A DNA stretch of 64,000 nt, from positions 83,648 through 147,647 of the forward strand of contig JAJYLR010000001.1 in assembly GCA_021787535.1 (NCBI GenBank). The letters are read 5' to 3'. The DNA is from a bacterium (GTDB lineage: Bacteria; Patescibacteriota; CPR2; UBA1875; JAJYID01). Under the pieces are notes generated by a model, which saw only the letters and a list, made by a program, of their open reading frames with translations, had not been told where the DNA came from and searched no databases. This document shows positions 10,854 to 19,444 of this stretch, one piece after another (position 1 is the first letter of the stretch; the number at the start of each line of letters is the position of its first letter). The position numbers and the translations under genes are program-made.

Positions 10854-11762
10854 ATGGCAGAAGTTGAGAAACCACTGACTATTAAAGATGCTGTTGAAAA
10901 TCTAGAAAAAATTAGAAAATCTACATTAATTTCTTACCTTGCAGATTCTAGGGCTATCTTTGATCCTAATGACTGCCTTGTTTTAGATGACAATTTGAGC
11001 CAATTAACAAATGGTGGACAAAGTAAAATTAAAAAACTCGATCTATTTCTACAAAGTCCAGGGGGAATCCTTGAAGCTGCTTATAAATTTTTCAGAATAT
11101 GCAGAGATTATTGTGATGAATTTAGCGTAATTATTCCTTTATCTGCAAAAAGTGCGTCTACTATCATTGCTCTTGGAGCTGATGAAATTGTCATGACTAC
11201 CATTTCCGAGTTAGGGCCTGTAGATCCTATTGTGCAACATCCTCAGAATCCAAACATCAGAGTTCAAGCTAGAGCAATTAAGGAGTATATAGACTTAGTG
11301 AGCAAACCAAACCAGGCAATAAATATGGGCCCAGAGCTTAAAAAGACACTAAATAGTACATTAGATGCATATTTAATTGGCAGTTATGAAATGGCAATCA
11401 AAAATTCAAAAGAGATTATCCAAAAGTTATTAACTGAAAACAAAAAGGTTGGTTTAAATGCTGATCAAATTAAAATAGTTGTTGAAGAACTTACAGAAAG
11501 CCATGCTTCTCATTCATATCCAATTGATAGATCGGATTTAATCGGTCTTGGGTTTAAAAACATTGTAAAGGCAGAAAAAACTCCAGAATTAATCGTAGCG
11601 ATCAAGCAACTATTTAGTATTTACTCTCAATTTATGGCTCAGAATAATTTAATCAAACTCCAGGGAAATAGGGATATGAATAGACATATTCAAATCCCAC
11701 CTCAGCAAATGGTCGGTTTTGAGGATAAAGATAATCCAATCCCTCCAATAAGTTTTTCTTGA
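10854..11762 (+). CDS. Clp-fold serine peptidase (SDH/S49 SppA-like family)
   Basis: LQSPGG and AKSASTIIALGADEIVMTTISELGPVDP match the ClpP/SppA-fold serine protease signature. An aggaag RBS is present. Confidence 0.55.
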   Translation: MAEVEKPLTIKDAVENLEKIRKSTLISYLADSRAIFDPNDCLVLDDNLSQLTNGGQSKIKKLDLFLQSPGGILEAAYKFFRICRDYCDEFSVIIPLSAKSASTIIALGADEIVMTTISELGPVDPIVQHPQNPNIRVQARAIKEYIDLVSKPNQAINMGPELKKTLNSTLDAYLIGSYEMAIKNSKEIIQKLLTENKKVGLNADQIKIVVEELTESHASHSYPIDRSDLIGLGFKNIVKAEKTPELIVAIKQLFSIYSQFMAQNNLIKLQGNRDMNRHIQIPPQQMVGFEDKDNPIPPISFS

Positions 11763-11763
11763 A

Positions 11764-12282
11764 ATGACTTCTTGGGCTGTAATGAAAATGCTATTTATCG
11801 ATGGCCAGCTATTGGCTGCGATTGTAACTGGCCTAGCTTTTGCCTTCCTTTTTTACTGGTTTAATAAAAAAGATAAACATAATTTACAAGAAACTATTTG
11901 GAAAAAAGAATTTGATATGCATCAAACTGACCCAATCATTACTATTTTTAGGGGAATATTATTGACACTTAACAGAAATGAAGTTAGCAGTATAAAATCA
12001 GGTATCCCACAAATTACGCTGGATGATCTCAGGGTCGAAATACATCTAGTTAGATATTTTGACGCAAAATTAAGAAATAGGATTCTAGAAAAGATTTATA
12101 AAGAATGCTTATATTATAATAATATTGGCATTGTAAGTTCTTCAAAGGCAGTTTCAAGTACAGATGAAGAAACTGATATCGTGGTTAACGAGAGCAAGGT
12201 CGAAAAAGATAAGAGGAAAAAACTTATAAAGGAAATTCTTGATGTTGTTGACGAAATTAAAAAAAGCTATGCTAAGAAATAG
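11764..12282 (+). CDS. Hypothetical membrane protein (172 aa) translationally coupled to the protease gene
   Basis: N-terminal TM helix LLAAIVTGLAFAFLFYWF. The start is 2 nt after the stop of the upstream gene. Confidence 0.4.
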   Translation: MTSWAVMKMLFIDGQLLAAIVTGLAFAFLFYWFNKKDKHNLQETIWKKEFDMHQTDPIITIFRGILLTLNRNEVSSIKSGIPQITLDDLRVEIHLVRYFDAKLRNRILEKIYKECLYYNNIGIVSSSKAVSSTDEETDIVVNESKVEKDKRKKLIKEILDVVDEIKKSYAKK

Positions 12283-12369
12283 ATTAAGCTTAATTCTCGA
12301 GGTATAACAATCTGAACAAAAATTTTTTCGACTTTTGCTTTCTAATATCGTATTATCATTGTAGCAAAA

Positions 12370-12690
12370 GTCGGTTTTCTGATTCCTTCCTTCCTTCCGC
12401 CCGATCTTTGCCGCAAAAACCCGAACCCGTTTATCCGGGGAAACCGGCGAAAGTTCATGCTTGAGGCGATACGAGATTCAAGAAAGACCGAAAGCCCAAC
12501 GGAAATTCGCCCCGACCCGAATTTCCGCCACAGATTTTTACAAATCCTTGTAAAAATCGCCCCTAGTATTCCTCTCCCTGTTCGAAATGGGTTCGAGCAA
12601 CGTTCAGCAATTGCGACCAAACTAAACTTTTTTCAAATTCAGGAGTATTTTGCTGTTCGCTCGCCCCGACCAAGAAAATTAATAAAATGC
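12370..12690. other. GC-rich noncoding island with internal hairpins and repeated cgccccgacc motifs. Unclassified (degenerate element cluster or small structured RNA).
   Basis: A local GC jump in an AT-rich genome. The hairpin ggaaattcg-ccccgacc-cgaatttcc is present. The only ORFs are overlapping low-quality ones (12342-12620 minus and 12457-12708 plus) with odd Arg/Pro-rich composition. Confidence 0.3.
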
Positions 12691-12691
12691 T

Positions 12692-13138
12692 ATGCAAAGT
12701 CAATATAACAAAATTGCAAAGAAAATAATTAGAAATAATATTTATCTTACACTGTCGACAGCTGGAAAAGATGGTAATCCTTGGGCTGCACCGCTTTTTT
12801 ATTGTCTGGATGACAAATATAATTTCTATTTTATCTCTCAGTTAGCATCTTTACATGTAAAGCATATTTTAGAAAGTCCGAAAGTTGCTTTCTCTATCTT
12901 TGACTCCCATCAGCCGGAAGGTTCAGGTAATGGAATACAAGGATTTGGAAAAGCTGTGGAATTGAAAGATGACGAAATTGATAATGCGCTTAAATGGTAT
13001 AGAACAAGCTTCATAGAATATATCCCCGGATATTTCAAAGGAGATTCGTATAGGATTTTTAAACTTGTCCCTAAAGAAGTTTATATACTAGACCCAGATG
13101 CTCAGATAGATCAGAGAGTTAAAGTGAAACTTTGTTAA
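12692..13138 (+). CDS. Pyridoxamine 5'-phosphate oxidase-like FMN-binding split-barrel protein
   Basis: 148 aa. YLTLSTAGKDGNPWAAPLFY is typical of the PNPOx-like / general stress protein 26 family. Confidence 0.55.
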   Translation: MQSQYNKIAKKIIRNNIYLTLSTAGKDGNPWAAPLFYCLDDKYNFYFISQLASLHVKHILESPKVAFSIFDSHQPEGSGNGIQGFGKAVELKDDEIDNALKWYRTSFIEYIPGYFKGDSYRIFKLVPKEVYILDPDAQIDQRVKVKLC

Positions 13139-13185
13139 GCACTTTGTCTACTTGTTTTAGCTTTGAGATAGGATAAACTTGATTT

Positions 13186-13581
13186 ATGAAAAAGGTTGTT
13201 ATTGCAGGCAGTCTTTCTTTTGAAAAAGAGATTAAGGAATGGGTTAGCTGGTGGACCGATCAGGGCTTAGCAGTGATTAATTATCCAAGTCCAAGCAGCG
13301 AGGGCGGAAAATTTCCTGAAAGTTATCCAGAAATTAAGAGAAAGTTTTATCAAGATCTTTCCAAAGCAGATATTTTGTTTGTGGTTAATGGAGATAAAAA
13401 CGGGATGAGCGGCTATATCGGTGCACAAGTTTTTGCAGAAATGGTCTTTGCCGTTGCCTTGAATTTGATTTATGATAAAAATGTTAAAATCATATTAGCT
13501 AAAGTGCCGTCCAAGAAAGTGCAATCGTATGAAGAGATAGAACATTGGTTGGCACTTGGTTGGATAAAAATATATGAGTAA
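13186..13581 (+). CDS. Nucleoside 2-deoxyribosyltransferase-like protein (putative)
   Basis: 131 aa with an N-terminal KVVIAGSLSF Rossmann-like start and ADILFVVNGD. Family assignment is tentative. Confidence 0.35.
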   Translation: MKKVVIAGSLSFEKEIKEWVSWWTDQGLAVINYPSPSSEGGKFPESYPEIKRKFYQDLSKADILFVVNGDKNGMSGYIGAQVFAEMVFAVALNLIYDKNVKIILAKVPSKKVQSYEEIEHWLALGWIKIYE

Positions 13582-13605
13582 GATTATCAATAACAGAGGA
13601 AAACT

Positions 13606-14289
13606 ATGGAAGATTTACAGGTACAATTGAAGTCGGGAGAAATTGATCCTAAGCTTCCCGCCAGGCTACAGATCAGCATGTTTAATTCTTATTGTTCTGG
13701 TGAGTATCTTTATGCATTATGCCATTGGCTAAAAAACCAAGGTCTTACTTCTGTTGAGTTTCAAGTCGCGGATACTTTGCAAAAACATAATATTTCCTGG
13801 AGAAATAAATGCTCTACAGATCAAGCCTTATCCGACGCGTATAAAACGGGTAACGATTGGTTCAGCGTTAATGCGGCAAGTTTTAAATATTGTTACGAGA
13901 ATTTTTCTTTTTTTTGCATTTCGAGGTGGGAGGACTGGATGAAACATACCGGTTTCTCGGAAGCCAAAGAATCCCTGCAAAAACTGCTTGAAACCGATAA
14001 TGGCTTTAGGGATGCTATTAATCAAGAAATCGAACTTTATTTTGAAAAAACAGGAAGATCTTTGAGTAAAGAAAGAAGAAAAATTTCACAAAACTTCCTC
14101 ATTGAAGAAATGGCAGTATCGGAAATATCTGCAAGGTATTGGCCGGCAAATGAAATATATCCGGGGCCACGATTTATTCCGGAAATATATTTAGAAGAAT
14201 CAAAGATTGGCAAGAACTTCTTTCTGACTAATGCAAGTTTTATTCATGTTGATTATGTATCAAAACAGAGGAAAGAAGTTGAAGTATGA
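13606..14289 (+). CDS. Hypothetical protein (227 aa)
   Basis: ORF with an RBS. Its stop overlaps the rnhA start (ATGA). Confidence 0.4.
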   Translation: MEDLQVQLKSGEIDPKLPARLQISMFNSYCSGEYLYALCHWLKNQGLTSVEFQVADTLQKHNISWRNKCSTDQALSDAYKTGNDWFSVNAASFKYCYENFSFFCISRWEDWMKHTGFSEAKESLQKLLETDNGFRDAINQEIELYFEKTGRSLSKERRKISQNFLIEEMAVSEISARYWPANEIYPGPRFIPEIYLEESKIGKNFFLTNASFIHVDYVSKQRKEVEV

Positions 14290-14717
14290 ATAAGCTAATC
14301 ATTTTTACAGACGGGGGGGCGAGGAACAATCCGGGGCCGGCGGGGATCGGGGTTGTTCTTTATGATGAAAACAAAAAGATACTGGAAACTTACAAAGAGT
14401 ACATCGGCGAGGCGACGAACAATCAGGCGGAATATCGGGCGCTTATTAAGGCGTTGGAATTAGCTCAAAAATATATAAATTCTGGACAAGGCCAGAATGA
14501 CCAGAAGGTTGCAATTGAATGTTTTTTGGACAGTGAACTTGTTGTTAAACAATTAAATAAAGAATACAAGGTCAAAGATCCGGCGATTAAGGAGCTTTAT
14601 AATCAGGTACTAGACCTCTCAATTTTTAAAAGTATTAGCTTCACTCATGTCAGGCGCGAACAGAACAAGCTGGCGGACAAGCTGGTCAATGAGGCGATAG
14701 ATGAAAAGCATCTATAA
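14286..14717 (+). CDS. rnhA: Ribonuclease HI
   Basis: IIFTDGGARNNPGPAGIGVV, TNNQAEYRALIKALE and a C-terminal HVRREQNKLADKL match RNase H type 1 catalytic residues. Confidence 0.8.
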   Translation: MNKLIIFTDGGARNNPGPAGIGVVLYDENKKILETYKEYIGEATNNQAEYRALIKALELAQKYINSGQGQNDQKVAIECFLDSELVVKQLNKEYKVKDPAIKELYNQVLDLSIFKSISFTHVRREQNKLADKLVNEAIDEKHL

Positions 14718-15618
14718 GAAAATTGTTAAATTAAGTGTTAGGCAAAAGTTTAAGCTTAAACGTCAAGCTATTCTTGTCTGTGCCGGTGTTTGTACTGTTT
14801 TGTTTGTTCTTATCCTCTCGGGAAGATACGCGTCTATTTTGAATCATAAAGAAAATTTGCATCCTCAATCTAGACAACAGGAACAAAATACCTTAAAAGA
14901 ACATCCGGTAATTGCTTCTGCTAAAAAATTGGTATCATCTCCATTGGCTCGTCAAAATTTAAAAATTCCTATCCTCATGTTTCACCATATACGCGATCCG
15001 AAGCCGATAAACGACAAGATACAGAAAAATCTTTCGGTTTCTCCGATAAAATTTAAGATTGATCTAGAATGGCTGCGCGATCATGGTTACCAAACCTATA
15101 GTATTGATGACCTGGAAGGTATTTTGAGCGGCCAGATGAAAGTGAGTAAAAAACCGGTGATTTTAACCTTTGATGATGGTTATGAGGATAACTATCAGAT
15201 AGCTTTTCAGGATCTAAAATCGATGGGTATGGTTGGCAATTTCTATATTATTACCGGCGCAGTTGGTAAACCGAACTATATGACAGATGCCGAACTCCAG
15301 GAAATGAGTCGTGGTAAAATGACGCTGGGGTCGCATACAGTGAGCCATCCCGACCTGGCTAAAGCTTCATTAGCGCGCCAGATCAAAGAGCTGACTGACA
15401 GCAGAGATTTTCTAGATAATCTGCTTCAGAAAAACATTACCAGCCTTTGCTATCCGTCCGGTAAATATACACCATTGACTCTCATGGTTGCCAAAGGTCT
15501 TGGCTATAAAACAGGAACAACTACAAAGTCTGGTTTTACGTCAGCAAGCTCTGATCCTTTGCAGTTACCGCGGCTCAGAATGACTGAGCTGACGGATTTA
15601 GCCCATCTTTTGCCTTAG
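14701..15618 (+). CDS. Polysaccharide deacetylase (CE4 family), membrane-anchored
   Basis: An N-terminal TM helix followed by the NodB motifs LTFDDGYEDNY and GSHTVSHPDL. Confidence 0.75.
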   Translation: MKSIYKKIVKLSVRQKFKLKRQAILVCAGVCTVLFVLILSGRYASILNHKENLHPQSRQQEQNTLKEHPVIASAKKLVSSPLARQNLKIPILMFHHIRDPKPINDKIQKNLSVSPIKFKIDLEWLRDHGYQTYSIDDLEGILSGQMKVSKKPVILTFDDGYEDNYQIAFQDLKSMGMVGNFYIITGAVGKPNYMTDAELQEMSRGKMTLGSHTVSHPDLAKASLARQIKELTDSRDFLDNLLQKNITSLCYPSGKYTPLTLMVAKGLGYKTGTTTKSGFTSASSDPLQLPRLRMTELTDLAHLLP

Positions 15619-15832
15619 AGCCTGTTTAAGAATCTCATGTCGTGCCTGAAATCCTCAGAATTTCGAGCGAGAAGCGTGAAAATGAGGAGTAATATCTAGA
15701 TATTACGACGAGATTTGAACGTTTTGCAGCCGAAATTATAAGATTTCAGCCGACAAGCTTATTCTTTTCATAATCTGCAGTGCTATGCACTAGACGGTAT
15801 ATGGCGGTGAGATTTTAAACAGGCTCCTAAAT

Positions 15833-17380
15833 TTAACGGTTGATACGCAGAACCTCGTAGTTGCCAAACTCTTTCTCGGGATGGTAGTGGTTTAGCATGT
15901 AGAGAATGACTTTTTTATTCTGGTAATAAACGTTTTTTGGGTCTTTTGCTATAATCCAGTACTTTGGCTTTGACTTTTCCATATCGCTGATAAAGGTGTC
16001 ATCGAGATGGAAGCCGTAGTTGTCACGATTATCGAGAAGGAGGACGCTTGCCGAAACATACCTGGAGCCGGCATCGCGCTCAGTCATGCGGTATAGGACT
16101 GCACCGTATGTATAAGCTTCGATTTTATCATTAGGGCTGGAATTTGCCTTCACGTAGTCGGCAATTTCCTGATACTGGTTCAGGTCTGTTTTTGCCGAAC
16201 CGGAAAAGAAATTCAAAAGCTCCTTATTAGATATGCCGAAAGAGACGAGCATCATAGCCAAAAGGATTAAAACGACAGCAAAATTTTTGGGTTTCGCAAG
16301 GTTTAGGAAAATATTTCCGCCGTAGGCAAAAATGAGGACAAAAAAGGGCATGCCGATCAGGAAATAGTAGGGATAAAATGATCCGACACCGAAGCAGGCG
16401 ATCACAGCAGCAACAGAACCGATTAAAATAAAGCGGTAAAACGTATCGGACTTTATTTTCTTTAAATCCTTTAAGAGATAAATAGCGAATGTAGCCAGAG
16501 CAAGGAAAAAAGGAGCAATTATCAAAATGAAAATCTTGTGGGGCGAGACATCGCCGCTCAAGGCGCTTTTGGCATACTTGGAACTGAAGGCGACCGCAGC
16601 AACCCAAAAATCGTTTAGGGCATTATGCGCCTTGAAGTAGAAAATCCAAAAGGCGGTTTGAAGGAGAAAAGGGATACCGAATATCAGGTAATTTACAATG
16701 AATTTCTTGAAACTCTTGTAACTTAGGAGGAATATTTCAATGATGATCGGCAGGGAAAGAAGCGAAAAGTTTTCTTTAAGATAGAAAAGCACTGAGAGGC
16801 AGATACCGGAGAGAAAGAGCCATCCTAAATTTGAAATTTGAAATTTGAAATTTTTATTGTCTGACATTTGATTTTTGATGATTGAATACCACTTGAAGAA
16901 TGCTAGAAGCATCAAAATTAAAAAGATGAGACCGAAATTTTCGCAGTTATTACCGCTTGATGTGAACTGAGATAGATTTCGCCAGAAAACATAAAGAAGC
17001 AGAGAAATCCTCACTATTTTATCTGCGTTTTCCTTGAAGAAATTTTTAGAGAATAACTTTGCCAGCTTATAAAAAAGGAAAGTATCAAAGACAGCAAGTA
17101 CGGTTAGAAATATGCGGTGAAGTACGAGATTACCCCCGAAAAGTATGCTCATTAAAGCGTTGAATTCAAAGATAATCGGAGGTTTGTGATCCCAGGCATT
17201 TACATATAGAAGGCCGCCATGCGCGATTGTCTTTCCTACGTAGTAAAAGATCCAGTGATCTGAATCATATGGATATAACCAGACCGCCAATCTCGTAACT
17301 ATGAAAACGAGAATAAGCGTAATCCAAAATACCTTCTTATTTTCTAGAAATTTATTAAACCCGCTTTGAATTTTTTGCAT
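15833..17380 (-). CDS. Polytopic membrane protein, GT-C-type glycosyltransferase-like (ArnT/PMT-like); assignment tentative
   Basis: 515 aa with more than 10 predicted TM helices. It contains an in-frame heptamer repeat that encodes NFKFQISNLG. Confidence 0.45.
   Translation of the reverse strand: MQKIQSGFNKFLENKKVFWITLILVFIVTRLAVWLYPYDSDHWIFYYVGKTIAHGGLLYVNAWDHKPPIIFEFNALMSILFGGNLVLHRIFLTVLAVFDTFLFYKLAKLFSKNFFKENADKIVRISLLLYVFWRNLSQFTSSGNNCENFGLIFLILMLLAFFKWYSIIKNQMSDNKNFKFQISNLGWLFLSGICLSVLFYLKENFSLLSLPIIIEIFLLSYKSFKKFIVNYLIFGIPFLLQTAFWIFYFKAHNALNDFWVAAVAFSSKYAKSALSGDVSPHKIFILIIAPFFLALATFAIYLLKDLKKIKSDTFYRFILIGSVAAVIACFGVGSFYPYYFLIGMPFFVLIFAYGGNIFLNLAKPKNFAVVLILLAMMLVSFGISNKELLNFFSGSAKTDLNQYQEIADYVKANSSPNDKIEAYTYGAVLYRMTERDAGSRYVSASVLLLDNRDNYGFHLDDTFISDMEKSKPKYWIIAKDPKNVYYQNKKVILYMLNHYHPEKEFGNYEVLRINR
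16828..16855. repeat. Tandem heptamer microsatellite (AAATTTG)x3.5 inside the glycosyltransferase-like gene, in frame
   Basis: The repeat aaatttgaaatttgaaatttgaaattt is directly visible. The same CAAATTT/CCAATTT unit recurs in intergenic DNA and inside uvrD and acs. Confidence 0.8.
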
Positions 17381-17465
17381 AAAACAACTCTAGCAGAAAA
17401 AAATAATTTTGTCATTCTAGAAATAACAAGGAGGTTTTTCCTGTTTCTACTTTGAAATTTAAAAT

Positions 17466-18083
17466 TTGTTTGTTTCTTGGAAATTTAAAAATTGTGCTAT
17501 AATGAAATCTATGAAAAAGATACTGAAAAATAAAATAGTTCTGATGTTTGCTGCAGCTCTTGTCGCGGGTTTTGGGGGCACTGTTCTTTATTTATCGAAA
17601 ACTGTCCCTTCCACGAAAAATGATAATCAGAAAAACAATGTCAGTACGCAAAACAACCAGAAAAACACTAATCCCCAAACTGAAAAAGGCAATCTGCCTG
17701 CCGCAAATCAAACCCCGCCTCCCAAAACTTCCGTACAAGAACAGGCGCCTAACTCAACCTCAACAAATCTTGCTGTCCTTAATGGTTTCGTGACCGCCAC
17801 TAAATCAAGCCAGGACGGCTCTATCAGTTTTTCTTTTTATCTTGAAGGGTCGGGATATTACAGTATTCAAGAAGAGCAAAGTGGAAGTTGGCAGACCACG
17901 GAAAACAATATTTACTATCGAGGTACCGGCGGTTTAGACGCGGGCAGTATTCCGGCCGGACAGTCGTCGGTGACTGTAAGAGCTCTAAAAATAGAGAATG
18001 GCAAATATACAGCCGTAACAAAAGCATTTACAATACAGAGATCAGAGGTGGAAGCAGCCGGAGGGGTGAAAACGTATAATTAG
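17466..18083 (+). CDS. Secreted/anchored hypothetical protein with a Q/N/T-rich low-complexity region. The true start is probably the ATG at 17511 or 17502.
   Basis: Signal-anchor IVLMFAAALVAGFGGTVLYL. An extended -10 (tgctataat, 17493-17501) lies immediately upstream, implying a leaderless or short-leader transcript. Confidence 0.45.
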   Translation: MFVSWKFKNCAIMKSMKKILKNKIVLMFAAALVAGFGGTVLYLSKTVPSTKNDNQKNNVSTQNNQKNTNPQTEKGNLPAANQTPPPKTSVQEQAPNSTSTNLAVLNGFVTATKSSQDGSISFSFYLEGSGYYSIQEEQSGSWQTTENNIYYRGTGGLDAGSIPAGQSSVTVRALKIENGKYTAVTKAFTIQRSEVEAAGGVKTYN

Positions 18084-18266
18084 AGAATTTCTAAATCCGA
18101 ATTTCTAATCTCTAAACAAATTCAAAATAATAAAGATCAAAACATTTTGGATTTTGGACATTTGAATTTATAATTTGTTTAGGATTTCGATATTAGAGTT
18201 TAGAATTTACAATCAGAGAAATATAAGCTGGCTTGGGTTATCATAAAGTAAGGTAAGGAGATTATC

Positions 18267-19262
18267 ATGAAAGTAGCGATCAATGGTTTTGGCAGGATTG
18301 GACGGCAGGTATTTAAAATTTTAAATGAAAAATATCCCGATGTTGATATTGTAGCTGTAAATGATTTAACCGATACCAAGACTCTGGCATATCTTTTGAA
18401 ATATGATTCCGTCCATGGTTCTTTCGCGGGTACAGTTGATGCGGGTGCGGACTCTCTCACCGTGAATGGGGAAAAAGTTCAAGTTTTGGCCGAGAAAGAT
18501 CCTATTAATCTGCCTTGGAAAGATTTGGATGTTGATGTGGTCATCGAGTCGACCGGTTTCTTTACTGATGGCGAAAAAGCCAAAGCCCACTTGGATGCCG
18601 GAGCGAAGAAAGTCTTAATCTCAGCTCCTGCAACAAATCAGGATATTACAATCGTTCTCGGTGTCAATGAAGACAAGTATGACAAAGAAAAGCACCATAT
18701 TATTTCAAATGCCTCCTGCACTACAAACTGCTTGGCACCTATCATAAAAGTTTTAGTCGATAGCTTTGGTGTGAAAAAAGGACTTATGACCACTGTGCAC
18801 TCATATACAAACGATCAGCGAATTCTGGATTTGCCCCATAAAGATCTTAGGCGAGCCAGGGCGGCAGCACTCAATATTATTCCGACTTCTACCGGAGCGG
18901 CCAAGGCGCTGAAAGAAGTTATTCCTGAAGTTGATGGTATCCTTGACGGTATGTCAATCCGGGTACCAACACCGGATGTATCGGTGGTTGATTTAACTAT
19001 AGAACTTGGGCATGGTACTACTCCTGATGAGATAACAGCTAAGATGAATGAGGCAGCCGCTGGCAGGATGAAAGGTGTCTTAGAGGTTACGGACGAACAG
19101 CTAGTCTCGATGGATTTCAAAGGAAATTGCCACTCTTCTATTTATGACAGTTTGCTGACTAAAAACATTGGGGACAATCTTTTTAAGATCATCAGCTGGT
19201 ATGACAATGAATGGGGATACTCGAATAGATTGGCAGATTTGACGAGTTTTATTATGCAATAA
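18267..19262 (+). CDS. gap: Glyceraldehyde-3-phosphate dehydrogenase
   Basis: [11 protein letters not shown]-binding motif and the [12 protein letters not shown] active-site Cys. A strong aaggag RBS is present. Confidence 0.95.
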   Translation: MKVAINGFGRIGRQVFKILNEKYPDVDIVAVNDLTDTKTLAYLLKYDSVHGSFAGTVDAGADSLTVNGEKVQVLAEKDPINLPWKDLDVDVVIESTGFFTDGEKAKAHLDAGAKKVLISAPATNQDITIVLGVNEDKYDKEKHHIISNASCTTNCLAPIIKVLVDSFGVKKGLMTTVHSYTNDQRILDLPHKDLRRARAAALNIIPTSTGAAKALKEVIPEVDGILDGMSIRVPTPDVSVVDLTIELGHGTTPDEITAKMNEAAAGRMKGVLEVTDEQLVSMDFKGNCHSSIYDSLLTKNIGDNLFKIISWYDNEWGYSNRLADLTSFIMQ

Positions 19263-19297
19263 AAAGCTACTCTTTATTGGTTAAATTCCCCCTTTTT

Positions 19298-19427
19298 AAG
19301 TAACAAGTAACAAGAAACAATGACCAAACAAATTTCAAATTTCAAATTAGAAACAGGGAGAATATCTTTGTTATTTGTTGATTGTTATTTGTTTGTATCT
19401 TGCTATCTTGCGCCTTGTATCTTTGAG
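19298..19427. repeat. MITE-like ~130-bp imperfect palindromic element (copy 1) immediately upstream of pgk
   Basis: aagtaacaagtaacaagaaacaatgaccaaacaaatttcaaatttcaaatt ... gttatttgttgattgttatttgtttgtatcttgctatcttgcgccttgtatcttt. It is a paralog of 51931-52065 and shows internal inverted symmetry. Confidence 0.7.
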
Positions 19428-19444
19428 ACCCGAAAGGGTGTAGC

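Noticed and set aside
12342-12708. ORFs 12342-12620 (minus) and 12457-12708 (plus)
   Set aside because: Overlapping, low-complexity Arg/Pro-rich translations within a compositionally aberrant non-coding island.
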